From: Nemertoderma westbladi
Taxonomy: Eukaryota; Animalia; Xenacoelomorpha
Direction: 5' to 3'
DNA length: 64,000 nt
Assembly: GCA_032718475.1 (NCBI GenBank)
Contig: JAUCBJ010006695.1
Span: 134,288 to 198,287 of the forward strand
Of this stretch, positions 62,676 to 64,000 are shown piece after piece; within the stretch, counting starts at the first letter, position 1; each line of letters opens with the position of its first letter. The position numbers were made by a program, and so were the translations under genes. Below the pieces are notes generated by a model, which searched no databases, was not told the origin of the DNA, and worked only from the letters and a program-made list of their open reading frames with translations.

Positions 62676-64000
62676 TTGGAGAGAAGCTGCAGTTCTACAA
62701 AGCGACAGAAGAAGTGTGTGCGTGAGAATCAACAACGGCTAATTGGGTATATGTAGTAACACTTAACTTTTAAGTACGTCTTAACGTACGTCTTTGGTTC
62801 CATTTCCACGATAAAGAACCAAGTTTTATCAGAAAATACAATAATTTACTATTTACTATATAAACATAAATACATAAACAAAATGTTCTAGAATATAGTG
62901 TTTTTATTTAATAGAATAAAATAGCCTCGCGCAGGTGCAAAACCATGAAACTTTTGAACGCTCATAAAAAAAAGCGTTCTATTTCTACCAACAAATCGCG
63001 ATAAGGTTCATGAATAAACTGCAGTGTAACTGGTGAAATAGCACTGGAGACACCCTTTTCAAACACTTGTAGCTAAAGATTGAAAGCAAAAATAAAAATT
63101 CTGGCTCACCCAGTACGGAGGAGGCAGGTGAAACTAACTGTTTCAAATTTCATGCTATCTCATTAAGATTTGTAGAAAAATTTGGGAGGGTGGTCCAGGT
63201 ACCTCAATAACGACACTATATTCCAGGACATGGTGTATGTCATGTGACTAAGTGGGCAACGCGATGCAGAATCGATGTTTTTTACAAATGGATGGCCACG
63301 AGAAAGGGACCTTATGCCGCCGGAGGTCGATTTTGAGTTTTGGGCCTAATAGATGCAGAATTTTCCAGAGATTTTAACAAAAAAATCGGTGTCTCAATGT
63401 CTATTTCCAAAAAAAGTTATAGCGATTTATGTGAAGGTTAATCGGGTAGCTCTTTTCAAAATAATTTTGTTTTTAAAAAATGGAAAAGATTAATAATATC
63501 ATAGCAATTCTTACTATAGTTAGGCAGGACAATGTTATTCGGCATTTTACACAACTTATTTTAACACTTTGAAACTAAATTGTTAACGAACTATTTATAA
63601 AATATTTTTTTTTTGCAAAATTTTCAAAAAGACATGTAACCAAAACAAATTTTTTTTCAAAAAAAGTTCTCAAATTTACAAAATTTAAAATGATATTACT
63701 TCCTGTAATTAGGTCTTCCCTAGCTATATTGAATATCAGAACCAATTTGAATTTTCCCTCATCGATTTATACATTTCTAAGGTGCAATAGGCTATGTGGA
63801 TGGAAAAGGAAAAGGGTGGGAAAGGAAAAGGGGTTATTATTTAAGCAGAAAAACTAGATACATTTCAGTACAAATCTTTCGCCCTACAAAGGCTACAAAG
63901 GTAAAAAATGCAGTCCACAAAACCTGATGTATACAATTTATTGTAAACAATGACTTTGGAAAGCCACCACAAAGTCAGATAAGCATTAAAAAAGTAATTG

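Larger units (their letters stand above)
61500..63235. mobile_element. Non-autonomous Tc1/mariner-like TIR element (TA-flanked, ~350-bp imperfect TIRs) carrying a PC4-like cargo
   Basis: TA|CACCATGTCCTGGAATATAGTGTCGTTATT ... AATAACGACACTATATTCCAGGACATGGTG|TA. Confidence 0.8.

Overview
AT-rich eukaryotic (invertebrate-like) genomic DNA dominated by transposons; no prokaryotic features. Two young, related BEL/Pao LTR retrotransposons sit head-to-head around a P450 gene. Element A (5348-24046, minus, 18.7 kb, 1281-bp LTRs, CTATT TSD) has a gag-pol broken by 4 stops and a frameshift, but an intact extra 1417-aa ORF in the env position with a DEDDy 3'-5' exonuclease-like domain and three CCHC knuckles. 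Element B (28794-39776, plus, 11.0 kb, 1192-bp LTRs, AATAT TSD) is a deletion derivative that keeps an open Gag-protease frame but has lost RT, most of RNase H, the integrase core and the exonuclease. Main observation: neither element has a TGG-type tRNA primer-binding site. Instead, the 11-12 nt just inside the 5' LTR are the exact reverse complement of a site within the element's own LTR, with two compensatory changes between A and B. This is the signature of Tf1-like self-primed reverse transcription, here in a BEL/Pao lineage. Host genes are two intronless clan-2-like cytochrome P450 paralogs and a two-exon class A GPCR. Also present: a TA-flanked TIR element carrying a PC4/SUB1-like pseudogene, a foldback element, a MULE-like element with a 9-bp TSD, two tRNA-derived SINEs, LINE remnants, MITE-like palindromes and minisatellites. 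All family calls rest on motif recognition by eye; no searches were run.
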